Made by a program: the position numbers and the translations under genes. Of a stretch of DNA of 58,881 nucleotides, positions 8,891-18,269 are shown piece after piece. Source of the DNA: Candidatus Omnitrophota bacterium. GTDB lineage: Bacteria; Omnitrophota; Gorgyraeia; Tantalellales; Tantalellaceae. The stretch lies in assembly GCA_018813285.1 (NCBI GenBank), contig JAHJBY010000104.1, forward strand, positions 1-58,881, in the 5' to 3' direction. The notes beneath the pieces are model-generated. The model was not told where the DNA came from. It did not search any database and saw nothing but the letters and a program-made list of their open reading frames with translations. Position 1 is the stretch's first letter, and each line of letters starts with the position of its first letter.

Positions 8891-10030
8891 ATGGATCTCG
8901 ATTATATTAATAAGATACTTATCACTTGCGCACGCGGGATCTCTCCGTTCCTGAAAAATGAGGTCGAGCAACTCGCCTTTAGCGTTGAATCCTCACATGA
9001 TACCGGTGTTGTGATCCGGTCCAGGTTTATAGACACTTATAAGCTCAATCTTGAGTTGCGAACAGCGTTCAATGTGCTTTTTCTATTGAAAGAGTTTCGT
9101 TGTGTCTCTCCTGATGACCTTTACAACAAAACCCATCAGTTGCCGTGGGAGGATATTATTCCGGAAAACGAATATATTTCGGTTGTTTCGCAGGTTTCTA
9201 ATCCGAAAATAAAGAACTCCATGTTCTCCAATCAGAAACTTAAAGACGCGATAGTTGACCGTATGGTTAAAAAAACAGGCGCGCGGCCGGATTCAGGCCC
9301 CGATAGACGGAATATTGTTGTAAATCTGTACTGGAAAGATGATAAAGCCTGGATATATCTCAACACTTCGGGCACTAAATTAGCCGACAGGACCTATCGA
9401 AAGATACCCCTCGAAGCCCCTATGCAGGAGACCTTAGCGAGCGCCGTCCTGCTCGCGTCCGGATACAACGGGACTTGCAATCTGATCAACCCTATGTGCG
9501 GCAGCGGCACTATCGCCATAGAAGCGGCATTAATAGCTTTACATAAAGCTCCCGGCCTTATGCATTCAAACTACGGCTTCATGCATTTAAAAGATCACGA
9601 TAAAACATATTGGCAGAACCTTAGAAAAGACGCTCTTAAAAGATCCGAGAAAAAACCGAGTCATTTTATCATCGCGACGGATATACGCGAAGAAGCTGTT
9701 GCCGCGGCTGTCAAAAACGCGAAAACATGCGGTGTGGATCACCTCATCAACTTCAAAGTATGTGATTTCAAAAATACGGATATACCGGCGGGAAAAGGTT
9801 CTGTGATCCTTAACCCGGAATATGGTGAGCGTATGGGTACAGCGGAAAAACTTGTTAAGACTTATAAAGAGATCGGTGATTTTTTCAAGCAGAAATGCCG
9901 GGGTTACTCCGGCTTCATTTTCACCGGCAACCTGGATCTCGTGAAAAAAGTCGGCCTCCGTTCAAGCAAGCGCATACCTTTTTATACCGGCGATATCGAA
10001 TGCCGTTTGCTGGAATACGATATACATTAA
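8891..10030 (+). CDS. THUMP-domain class I SAM-dependent RNA methyltransferase (RlmL/YpsC-like)
   Basis: 379 aa with an N-terminal THUMP-like region, SAM-binding NPMCGSGTIAIEA, and catalytic NPEYGERMG (NPPY-type). Confidence 0.8.
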   Translation: MDLDYINKILITCARGISPFLKNEVEQLAFSVESSHDTGVVIRSRFIDTYKLNLELRTAFNVLFLLKEFRCVSPDDLYNKTHQLPWEDIIPENEYISVVSQVSNPKIKNSMFSNQKLKDAIVDRMVKKTGARPDSGPDRRNIVVNLYWKDDKAWIYLNTSGTKLADRTYRKIPLEAPMQETLASAVLLASGYNGTCNLINPMCGSGTIAIEAALIALHKAPGLMHSNYGFMHLKDHDKTYWQNLRKDALKRSEKKPSHFIIATDIREEAVAAAVKNAKTCGVDHLINFKVCDFKNTDIPAGKGSVILNPEYGERMGTAEKLVKTYKEIGDFFKQKCRGYSGFIFTGNLDLVKKVGLRSSKRIPFYTGDIECRLLEYDIH

Positions 10031-10091
10031 TAATTTCAGGCCGGACTCACGTGATATGGATCGTTGAAGTCAACAATAAGCGTGGGTAGTT

Positions 10092-11219
10092 TTACCCTTT
10101 ATCAAGCTCTTCTATTGTCTCTGCGACTATTTCGTCTATCATTTCTTTAACAGATACAATTTTCTTCACTCTTGAAACGTTACTTCCGGTAAACACTACC
10201 GCGTTATCTATGTTCCCTTCGGCAGCGTTGATCAAAGCTTTGGCAATACAATATTGAACCGTATCAGGGTCGCAGGTCCTGAGACATTGATAAGTACAGG
10301 TAAATTCTTTTCTTTCTCCGCGCAGTATTTCGTCAAGAAATTTTGTCCTTATCACTTTCGCCGGCATACCCACCGGGCTTTGTATAAAAACAATATCTTC
10401 TTCACTCGCGTTAAGATATAATTGCTTAAATTCATCAGCCACTGAACACTCAAGAGTAGCTACAAACCTGGTACCGATCTGCGTGCCTTTTGCTCCCATT
10501 TTTAAAAATTTCGCCACATCTTTACCGTCAAAGATGCCTCCTGCCGGGATAACGGGAATACTTACCCCATACTCCTTTTTATATTCTCCAACCAGATCCA
10601 AAACATCTTTCACCGCATTTTCAAGTAGCGGCTCATCTCTCATTTTTCCTTTAAGAGATTCTAATTTTTCTAAACTGTAACCCGCTATATGTCCGCCTGC
10701 TAACGGCCCCTCAACTACAAAGGCATCCGGAAAACGGTTATAACGTCTCTTCCACGTTTTCAGCAAAAGTTTAGCTCCTCTTGCTGAAGCAATTACCGGG
10801 ATCAATTTTATTGGTGAACCCTCTGCAAATTCCGGCAAGCTTATAGGTAACCCCGCCCCTGAAATAATATAATCCGCTTTTTCCTTTACAGTGGTTCTCA
10901 CCATGTCTTCATAATTGCTTAAAGCTACCATTATGTTTACACCGATAACTCTATCAGACAGCGATCTGGCCAGTCTTATTTCCTTTTGAAGATGTTCCCT
11001 GCAAGATTTAGGGACATCAGCTCTGTTGTCTTTCGTATCAGGAGGAAGGCCCACGCTGGCTATGGTCCCACCGCCGCCGCAATTCGCTACTGCGGCGGCT
11101 AAAGACGCCGTAGATACTCTGACCCCCATTCCACCTTGAATGATAGGGATCTTGATTTCCAGATCACCGATTATAAGCGGCTTTAATTCATTGAACATAA
11201 TTTTTGATTTCCCCAACAA
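10092..11219 (-). CDS. nitronate monooxygenase / FabK-like FMN-dependent oxidoreductase
   Basis: 375 aa with IIQGGMGVRVS and PVIPAGGIFDGKD motifs typical of the NMO/FabK TIM-barrel family. The start may instead be the internal MFNELK. Confidence 0.75.
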   Translation of the reverse strand: MLGKSKIMFNELKPLIIGDLEIKIPIIQGGMGVRVSTASLAAAVANCGGGGTIASVGLPPDTKDNRADVPKSCREHLQKEIRLARSLSDRVIGVNIMVALSNYEDMVRTTVKEKADYIISGAGLPISLPEFAEGSPIKLIPVIASARGAKLLLKTWKRRYNRFPDAFVVEGPLAGGHIAGYSLEKLESLKGKMRDEPLLENAVKDVLDLVGEYKKEYGVSIPVIPAGGIFDGKDVAKFLKMGAKGTQIGTRFVATLECSVADEFKQLYLNASEEDIVFIQSPVGMPAKVIRTKFLDEILRGERKEFTCTYQCLRTCDPDTVQYCIAKALINAAEGNIDNAVVFTGSNVSRVKKIVSVKEMIDEIVAETIEELDKG

Positions 11220-11349
11220 TCCTTATCAATGTCATGCTTTCTAATCGAACATTTTCGTTCTCATCATTATACTACCATCAATACATGAAAATAAAGAAGT
11301 TTTTGGGAATCGAGCTGGCTGGAATGTTATCGAAATGGGAATAACTTTA

Positions 11350-12576
11350 TTACCAGCGCTTACGTCGCAGGTTACCTTTGCCTCTCGCCTTTACCAAACC
11401 CCTTCGGGGCCTCGTCCGATATACCGTCTGGGTCCTGAACTCCTCATGCGGAACCTCAGGATGCTCCAAGATCGGCAAGGCCGTCTTTATGATATTCTCA
11501 ATATTGCGTATATCTTTGCCCTGTTCCGGGGTAGCGAACGAGATAGCGCGCCCTTCATGTCCGGCCCGTCCTGTCCGGCCGATCCTGTGCACGTAATTTT
11601 CCGCGTCATCCGGGAGATCATAATTTATGACCGTTTCTATGCCCACAACATCTATCCCTCTGGCCGCTATATCAGTCGCGACAAGTATCCTGTATTTGCC
11701 TTTCTTAAAGCCCTCAAGCGCTTCTCTTCGCTGCGCAAGTGTGCGATCCGAATGTATCTCCGCCGCGTTATGCCCCATATCTTTGAGCAGGCGTTTGATC
11801 TTCGCCGCCCCTCTTTTTGTTCGCGAAAAAAGCAATACCGGGCCCCGGTACTGATCAAGTAGCTTTGCCAGCAATTGTTTCTTGGCGTCTTTTTTTACTA
11901 TGAATAACTCCTGGATAATACGTTCCGCGGCAGTCCCTGACGGCGCGACCTCGACATGAACGGGAAGCTTCATATGCGCGGCTCCTATTGACACGATCTC
12001 ACCGGGTATCGTCGCTGAAAAAAGCATGGTTTGTCGTTTTTTGGGAATGAACTTAAGGATACGCTCTATATCCGGCTTGAAACCCATATCCAGCATCCTG
12101 TCAGCTTCGTCCAGGATCAGTATTTCCACATCATCCAAACGCATGGTCTTCTGATTCATATGATCGACAAGACGGCCGGGCGTTGCGATAATAACACGCG
12201 GTTTCTTTTTCAGGGTCTTCAGCTGGGAATGCATCGGAACCCCTCCTATAATAACCACGGTATTTATACCGAACATGGGCGCCATCTTCTGAAAGGTCTC
12301 ATTTACCTGTATGGCCAGTTCTCTGGTGGGAACGATCACTAAACACCGCCCCTGGTTGCGGGCAAGACACTGGATAACAGGTATAGCAAAAGCCAGGGTC
12401 TTGCCTGTCCCGGTCTGGGCCACCCCGATAATATCGGTGCCTTCTATAGCGATAGGAATGGCTTTGTACTGGATTGGGGTCGGGTGAACGAATTTCAGTC
12501 TGTCTAACATTCCAAGTATTTTCGGGGCGATGCCCAGCCCATCAAAAGAAATGTTCGTCTTCAGTTTGTTTGTCAT
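11350..12576 (-). CDS. DEAD-box ATP-dependent RNA helicase (RhlE-like)
   Basis: Motifs AQTGTGKT, PTRELA, ILDEADRMLD, SAT and HRIGRTGRAG are present, followed by a basic C-terminal tail. Confidence 0.9.
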   Translation of the reverse strand: MTNKLKTNISFDGLGIAPKILGMLDRLKFVHPTPIQYKAIPIAIEGTDIIGVAQTGTGKTLAFAIPVIQCLARNQGRCLVIVPTRELAIQVNETFQKMAPMFGINTVVIIGGVPMHSQLKTLKKKPRVIIATPGRLVDHMNQKTMRLDDVEILILDEADRMLDMGFKPDIERILKFIPKKRQTMLFSATIPGEIVSIGAAHMKLPVHVEVAPSGTAAERIIQELFIVKKDAKKQLLAKLLDQYRGPVLLFSRTKRGAAKIKRLLKDMGHNAAEIHSDRTLAQRREALEGFKKGKYRILVATDIAARGIDVVGIETVINYDLPDDAENYVHRIGRTGRAGHEGRAISFATPEQGKDIRNIENIIKTALPILEHPEVPHEEFRTQTVYRTRPRRGLVKARGKGNLRRKRW

Positions 12577-12618
12577 AATATTTTAACTCCTTACTTTTTT
12601 AAATCCGGCGGCAAGCCT

Positions 12619-14439
12619 TTACCTGCTTGCCCTTTTCCGGTCATTTTCATTCAAATAAAATTTTCTCATCCTTATATTTTTAGGTGTTATCTCTACAAGC
12701 TCATCTTCCTCAATAAACTCAAGGGCAAATTCAAGCGTCATCTCCCTGGGAGGAATAAGTTGTATCGCGTCATCTGACCCTGACGCGCGCATATTAGTAA
12801 GTTTTTTTCCTTTCATCGCGTTTACAACAAGATCCCTTCCTTTATTGTTGACCCCTACGATCATTCCCTCGTATAAGTCATCCCCTGGCCTGACAAGTAT
12901 CTCTCCCCTCGGTTGTAGATTAAAAAGCGCGAAAGCGATAGCCTTGCCGCTTGACTGTGACACCATAACACCCGTCTGGCGTCCCGGCATTTCCCCCTTA
13001 TATATCTGATACTCCAGAAAGTTCTGATACATGACTCCCGTTCCCCGAGTCATAACTAGAAAATCGCTTCTAAAACCTATCAACGCTCTTGTGGCAATAA
13101 CAAATTCCATCTTGGTGGCGGCCGACGATGTCGGCGCAAGGCTCTTCACTTCCGCTTTTCGAGCGCCAAGCGCCTGCATGACAGCGCCCTGGTACTCTCG
13201 ATCCACCTCAACGACCACTTCCTCTACAGGCTCAAGTGTTTGCTCCCCCATTTTTTTTAATATTACCTGCGGGCGCGATACTTCCATTTCGTATCCTTCA
13301 CGACGCATTGTTTCTATCAGGATCTCCAGATGTAACTCACCCCTTCCCGAAACTTTGAATCGTTCTCCTCCTTGAACCTCATCGACCTTTATTCCGACAT
13401 TTATCATTGCCTCATGATTAAGCCGTTCGCGTATATGGCGCGACGTCAAAAACCGTCCACCATCCCTGCCTGCGATAGGACTTGTATTATGTGAGAAATT
13501 CATCGAGATCGTCGGTTCGTCTATCTTTACTGTCGGCAGACCTTTCGGATTATCAATACATGCCAAAGTCTCGCCTACCTGTATATCCTCTATGCCGGAG
13601 ATCGAGATTATATCACCCGCTGTCGCATCCATACACTCTACCTTCTTTAGGCCCCGGTATTTCATGATTTTTGTCGCTTTTCCCCGGGCGATAGTGCCGT
13701 TCCGTTTCATAAGGGCCACAGGGTCACCGGTACGAATAGTGCCATGAAAAATACGCCCGATCGCCATGATCCCCACATACGAATCGTAATCGAGCATTGT
13801 GATCAGCATCTGAAAAGGCATGTCCGGATCAGCGATCGGCGGCAGCACCCGGTGCAGGATCGTCTCTAAAAGCGGCTTCACCGATTCCTGCGGCTCATCA
13901 AGATCAAGAGTCGCGTACCCGTCTTTTCCTGAGGCATACACTATGGGAAAGTCGAGTTGCTCATCTGTCGCGTTCAATTCGCAAAAAAGGTCAAATGTCA
14001 TATCGGCAACTTCATGGGGTCTGGCATGCGGTCTATCAAGCTTGTTGATTACAAGTATCGGCTTTAGATGAAGTTCAAGTGATTTTTTAAGAACAAATTT
14101 TGTTTGAGGCATAGGCCCTTCGAACGCGTCAACCAGAAGAAGAACACCGTCGACCATCTGCAGGATACGCTCTACTTCACTGCCAAAATCCGCGTGACCG
14201 GGAGTATCAACGATATTTAATTGTACTCCTTTATACTGAAGAGAGGCATTCTTTGACAAAATAGTGATCCCCCTTTCCCTCTCCAGGGGATTGGAATCCA
14301 TTATGGTGGCCTCGCCCTCTTTGAAATCGTAAGCTCCGGTATATTTCAGAAGTGCGTCAACAAGCGTCGTCTTCCCGTGGTCTACGTGTGCTATGATAGC
14401 GATATTCCGTACATCTTTTCTTCTTTTTTGATTTGACAT
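12619..14439 (-). CDS. typA: translational GTPase TypA/BipA
   Basis: AIIAHVDHGKTT, DTPGH and NKLD G-motifs with the EF-G-like domain order. The start is trimmed to ATG 14439 (MSNQKRRKDVRNIAI...). Confidence 0.9.
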   Translation of the reverse strand: MSNQKRRKDVRNIAIIAHVDHGKTTLVDALLKYTGAYDFKEGEATIMDSNPLERERGITILSKNASLQYKGVQLNIVDTPGHADFGSEVERILQMVDGVLLLVDAFEGPMPQTKFVLKKSLELHLKPILVINKLDRPHARPHEVADMTFDLFCELNATDEQLDFPIVYASGKDGYATLDLDEPQESVKPLLETILHRVLPPIADPDMPFQMLITMLDYDSYVGIMAIGRIFHGTIRTGDPVALMKRNGTIARGKATKIMKYRGLKKVECMDATAGDIISISGIEDIQVGETLACIDNPKGLPTVKIDEPTISMNFSHNTSPIAGRDGGRFLTSRHIRERLNHEAMINVGIKVDEVQGGERFKVSGRGELHLEILIETMRREGYEMEVSRPQVILKKMGEQTLEPVEEVVVEVDREYQGAVMQALGARKAEVKSLAPTSSAATKMEFVIATRALIGFRSDFLVMTRGTGVMYQNFLEYQIYKGEMPGRQTGVMVSQSSGKAIAFALFNLQPRGEILVRPGDDLYEGMIVGVNNKGRDLVVNAMKGKKLTNMRASGSDDAIQLIPPREMTLEFALEFIEEDELVEITPKNIRMRKFYLNENDRKRASR

Positions 14440-14459
14440 ATTATTTGTTCCCATTAAAT

Positions 14460-14498
14460 AAAAAAGCCACAAGACTAAGATTTCCTAACCTTGTGGCT
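14460..14498 (-). promoter_or_regulatory. terminator-like hairpin plus U-run about 20 nt upstream of the typA start; paralogous to the csp leader hairpin at 16744..16777
   Basis: Minus-strand sequence AGCCACAAG-GTTAGGAAATCTTAGT-CTTGTGGCT followed by TTTTTAT. Confidence 0.5.
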
Positions 14499-14652
14499 TA
14501 AGAATTCCTACATTTCACCCGTTCAGTATCTATTTCTTGCTTTAGTTTATACTAATTTAGTGAATTTGTGAACCAAATTATGGTCGAACCTTGAATGACC
14601 GACCCCAGGGATCCATATGGGTTCAATTTTAGGATCATCTCTGGGATCTTTA

Positions 14653-14690
14653 AAGACAAGCCCCACCAACATATTGCCGGGCCTTGTCTT
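14653..14690 (-). terminator. hairpin downstream of the first csp gene (weak U-tract)
   Basis: AAGACAAGGCCC...GGGGCTTGTCTT stem with one mismatch, followed by only TTTAAAG. Confidence 0.35.
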
Positions 14691-14701
14691 CATTCACGAC
14701 A

Positions 14702-14905
14702 TTACGACTTTGCTACGTTTATAGCTTCCGGACCCTTTTGTCCCTGCTGAACTTCAAATTCAACAGACTGCCCTTCATCCAAAGATTTATAACCTTCGCC
14801 CTGAATTGAGCTGTGATGAACGAATACATCCTGCGAGCCGTCTTCAGGAGTAATAAACCCATAACCCTTTGAGTTATTAAACCATTTTACTGTTCCTTTT
14901 GCCAT
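14702..14905 (-). CDS. CspA-family cold-shock protein (67 aa)
   Basis: [31 protein letters not shown] contains the RNP1/RNP2 motifs. The start is trimmed to ATG 14905, which has a GGAGGAG RBS. Confidence 0.9.
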   Translation of the reverse strand: MAKGTVKWFNNSKGYGFITPEDGSQDVFVHHSSIQGEGYKSLDEGQSVEFEVQQGQKGPEAINVAKS

Positions 14906-15029
14906 TTTTCCACTCCTCCTCTTGGAGATATTATGGTAGTAACGATCAGCGTGAAAACTCAAAAAGTCGTGAAACCCTTACCCCTGCGCTTACACCCTGT
15001 ACTGCTCATTTACCACCGCTTTACAGGGC

Positions 15030-15057
15030 ATTATACCTTAATGCCCGCACCTGTCAA
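15030..15057 (-). promoter_or_regulatory. consensus sigma70 promoter of the first csp gene, giving a leader of about 115 nt
   Basis: Minus strand TTGACA (15052..15057), 16-nt spacer, TATAAT (15030..15035), with AT-rich upstream flank. Confidence 0.6.
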
Positions 15058-15115
15058 TAAAAATACTGCCGGCGCCGCCTGAAAAACAACCCGACTTGAC
15101 GATCAAAAAGTGCCG

Positions 15116-16333
15116 TCAAAGCCCGGCTAAATATCCTGTTGAAAATGCCGCTTGCAGATTGAATCCGCCGCAATTCCCGTCAATATCTATCATTTCACCG
15201 GCAAAATACAGCCCTTTCACTTTTTTTGACTCCATGGTCGTTGGATCTATCTCTTTTACCGATACTCCGCCTCGTGTTACCTGAGCTTTTTCCAATGAAA
15301 CAGTATCCTTAATATCAAATTTCAGACCTTTCAAAAGCATTATGAGATCTTTTCTCTCTTTCGATGTTAATTGATTGGCTTTTTTGTCTTGAGGAATTCT
15401 AGAAAGCTCTAAGAGGAGATCACCAAGCCGCGTGGGCGCAAATTCCTTTAGAACGTTTTTTATTGTTTTCACCGATGATCCTGAAATTTTCTTTATCAGC
15501 ACCTCTTCGAACTCTTTCTGGTCAAGCATAGGCATAATATCGATCTCCAAAGACACCTTTTTGCCTTCATCCGCACAGTCTATCACTTTTGAGCTGGCAG
15601 AAAGCGTTATAGGCCCAGATATCCCATTTTTTGTAAAAATTATACTTCCCTTTTCTGACATTACTTTCTTTTTGTCAGCCTTGACAATAAGTTTTACATC
15701 ATTGAGGGATATCCCCTCTAATCTTTCGGGAAAAATGCTTTTTAAAGTTAATGCCGCCAAGGCGGGTTTTACGGGGATTATTCTGTGTCCCAGTTCCTCG
15801 GCCAACTTTATGCCATCTCCAGTTGAGCCCGTTGCTTTGTAAGAAAGTCCGCCGGTAGCTACAATAACCTTATCCGCTTCGATAATGGTCCCATTTTTGC
15901 ATAACACACCTGTAACAGCGTCTTGCGATACATTGATCTTTTTAACGCTTGTGTTAACTAAAACCTTTATCCTTGATCTCTTCAGTTCTTCCTCAAGTAG
16001 ATCCAAAACGCTTAATGCCTTATCTGTCACGGGAAAAACCCTTCCGTCTTCTTCTACCTTCGTTTTTAGCCCTCTTTCGGCGAAAAACAATATAAGATCC
16101 TTATTGTCAAAGGTTTTGAACGCATTTCTCAAAAAATTCCCTGTTTTAGAAAAATTATGGATCAGCTCTTCTGGTTCGCATATATTTGTCAGATTGCAGC
16201 GGCCGCCGCCGGTTAAAAGAAGCTTTCTCCCAAGATGTTCATTCTTTTCAATAAGAGTCACTTCATTGTTATTAGAAGCGGCGCTTATTGCCGCCATCAT
16301 ACCGGAGGGCCCGCCGCCAACGATTACGATCAT
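15116..16333 (-). CDS. HI0933/BaiN-family NAD(P)/FAD-dependent oxidoreductase
   Basis: 405 aa with N-terminal IVIVGGGPSGMMAA and TGGGRCNLTN, and a C-terminal GLYFAGEMIDIDGNCGGFNLQ. Confidence 0.8.
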   Translation of the reverse strand: MIVIVGGGPSGMMAAISAASNNNEVTLIEKNEHLGRKLLLTGGGRCNLTNICEPEELIHNFSKTGNFLRNAFKTFDNKDLILFFAERGLKTKVEEDGRVFPVTDKALSVLDLLEEELKRSRIKVLVNTSVKKINVSQDAVTGVLCKNGTIIEADKVIVATGGLSYKATGSTGDGIKLAEELGHRIIPVKPALAALTLKSIFPERLEGISLNDVKLIVKADKKKVMSEKGSIIFTKNGISGPITLSASSKVIDCADEGKKVSLEIDIMPMLDQKEFEEVLIKKISGSSVKTIKNVLKEFAPTRLGDLLLELSRIPQDKKANQLTSKERKDLIMLLKGLKFDIKDTVSLEKAQVTRGGVSVKEIDPTTMESKKVKGLYFAGEMIDIDGNCGGFNLQAAFSTGYLAGL

Positions 16334-16484
16334 TTTTTTCTTTTATATCTCACTTGTTGTATTGTCGCGCTTAGTGATTAGGTTGTGAACGGCGGAGCGC
16401 CGAAGACAGGAGCTGATCAAATTGCCGCTCTTTTGGAAGATAAGACCTGGCAATCTCTTGCCAGGCCTTATTTCGTAGGTTACG

Positions 16485-16688
16485 TTATATCTTTACCACG
16501 TTGACAGCTTGAGGGCCTTTCGCGCCTTCTTCGATGTCAAACTGGACTTTTTGTCCTTCGCCCAAAGACTTAAAACCTTCGCCCTGGATCGCGTTGTGAT
16601 GAACAAAACAATCTTTGCTTCCGTCATCTGGCGTAATAAACCCATAACCTTTTGAGTCATTAAACCATTTTACTGTTCCTTCTGCCAT
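16485..16688 (-). CDS. CspA-family cold-shock protein (67 aa), second paralog
   Basis: [31 protein letters not shown], with an AGGAGG RBS. Confidence 0.9.
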   Translation of the reverse strand: MAEGTVKWFNDSKGYGFITPDDGSKDCFVHHNAIQGEGFKSLGEGQKVQFDIEEGAKGPQAVNVVKI

Positions 16689-16721
16689 TACTTCTTACCT
16701 CCTGTTGATGATACATTTCCC

Positions 16722-16800
16722 GTAAATGGGGCTTTACACAAAAAACCACAAGGCGCATCGTTCCCAACCTTGTGGTTTAAAAACTTCACTCCCCATTTAC
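16722..16800 (-). promoter_or_regulatory. structured csp leader: 10-bp outer helix enclosing a terminator-like hairpin with a U-run
   Basis: Outer helix pairs GTAAATGGGG (plus strand 16722..16731) with CCCCATTTAC (16791..16800). Inner hairpin pairs AACCACAAGG with CCTTGTGGTT (16744..16753 / 16768..16777), followed on the minus strand by TTTTTTG. Confidence 0.5.
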
Positions 16801-16815
16801 ACCTCTACAGACGAT

Positions 16816-16843
16816 AGTATACACAAATACCAGGGTTTGTCAA
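16816..16843 (-). promoter_or_regulatory. sigma70-like promoter of the second csp gene
   Basis: Minus strand TTGACA (16838..16843), 16-nt spacer, TATACT (16816..16821). Confidence 0.55.
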
Positions 16844-16964
16844 GAAAAATCCTGTTGAGCTGGGTACCTGCCAACATTTTGGACTAAAGAGGCCGCTCGA
16901 GGGACCTCTGAAACTTTTCTTACACCCACCTCCCGAAAAATGACAGTATGCCTCGTTGTTTTTC

Positions 16965-18266
16965 TTATTGTAAACGGTGGACCGGTGGAATGGGTTTGAT
17001 GAATTCCTGCCTTAAGCTGTAGGTGTAGGCACCTTGCATGGGGATAAGCAAGATATCCCCGGGGCCGATATCCGACCCAAAGTATGAATACCCCCATAGA
17101 TCATGAGGAGTGCAGAGCGATCCGAAGATCATACAGGGATGCTCATCTAACGAAGGCTGGCTTAGGTTTATGACCGGGAAATAATCTGTTTCATATCTCT
17201 CCCATCCGATCATATTGGTTCCACCGTCACAGATTACGGTATCATACGCTTTTTTATCAACAACTTTTACCAGTATGTGCATGGCTTCATGGCTTATCCA
17301 TCGTCCCGGCTCCAAATATATCGTGCAGTCGACATATTTGAGGACATGCTCTTCCAAAGCTTTTGCTAATCGGCGGGCAAATTCCCCGATCGGCGCGGAG
17401 GAAATGCCATAATGCTCCATCCCCTCCGGAATGCCGGGTTCAATACATTGTTTGAGTCGTCCTTCCTGTGTCGCGCATGGCTGTATCCACTCCCCCTGGA
17501 CCGGCCAATAGCCCCCTCCGATATCAATGAAATTTATCTTTTGAAGAACATCCCTGTTCATTTGCGCCAGCACCCTGCCCAGACGGGAAATAAAATCCGT
17601 CTGTTTGCCGGCATCAAGGTTCCAGCTGGAATGGAACTGCAAGCCGCATAATTCGACATTAGGGTATTTTTTCGCTTCATCGAAAAACCGTTCTATGTCG
17701 CTTAAAAGTATGCCGAATTTTCTCCATAATCCTTTTTCCTCGATCATAAGCCGTACGCCCGCTTTTATCCGTACATCTTTCCCCGAGGCGGTTTCCCCGA
17801 GGCGGGAAAGTTCGCCAAAGCTGTCCAGAAGAACGGTCACCGTATCGGCATTACCGCAAGCAAGGCAAAGCTCCTCAAGAGTTTTACCCGGACCGCTGAA
17901 AATAATTTTCGCCGGGGAATACCGCAGCGCCTGCTCGAGTTCTTTTCCGCTTGATACATCGATCCCGTACCCCTCGTTGATCAAGCTTTCCATGATGAAC
18001 GGATGGCTGTTGCTCTTAAGCGCGTAAAAGATGCTAACTCTGGGAAACTCCGAATGGAACGCATTCCGGAATTCTTTTGCTTTCCTTATTAACGCCCTTT
18101 CATCAAAAAGGTACAGAGGAGATCCGGCCCGATCATGCGCTTCCTGATATCGTTGGCGGTCTTTAATAAACTCATCAACGAACGAACGTAGTCGGCCCTT
18201 ATCGATCAACGGCGTCCGTGTCCTTAAAATGTCCCGCGCCTTATTCAAGTATTGTTGGTCATCCAT
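16965..18266 (-). CDS. PLP-dependent Orn/DAP/Arg-type (fold III) decarboxylase
   Basis: 433 aa with FYALKSNSHP (PLP-lysine motif), IDIGGGYW, EPGRW and GSLCTPHD. Confidence 0.8.
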   Translation of the reverse strand: MDDQQYLNKARDILRTRTPLIDKGRLRSFVDEFIKDRQRYQEAHDRAGSPLYLFDERALIRKAKEFRNAFHSEFPRVSIFYALKSNSHPFIMESLINEGYGIDVSSGKELEQALRYSPAKIIFSGPGKTLEELCLACGNADTVTVLLDSFGELSRLGETASGKDVRIKAGVRLMIEEKGLWRKFGILLSDIERFFDEAKKYPNVELCGLQFHSSWNLDAGKQTDFISRLGRVLAQMNRDVLQKINFIDIGGGYWPVQGEWIQPCATQEGRLKQCIEPGIPEGMEHYGISSAPIGEFARRLAKALEEHVLKYVDCTIYLEPGRWISHEAMHILVKVVDKKAYDTVICDGGTNMIGWERYETDYFPVINLSQPSLDEHPCMIFGSLCTPHDLWGYSYFGSDIGPGDILLIPMQGAYTYSLRQEFIKPIPPVHRLQ

Positions 18267-18269
18267 ACT

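Noticed and set aside
16840-17097. 85-aa minus-strand ORF overlapping the csp promoter and the end of the PLP decarboxylase gene.
   Set aside because: It overlaps a well-supported gene out of frame and spans the TTGACA/TATACT promoter, and its composition is implausible.
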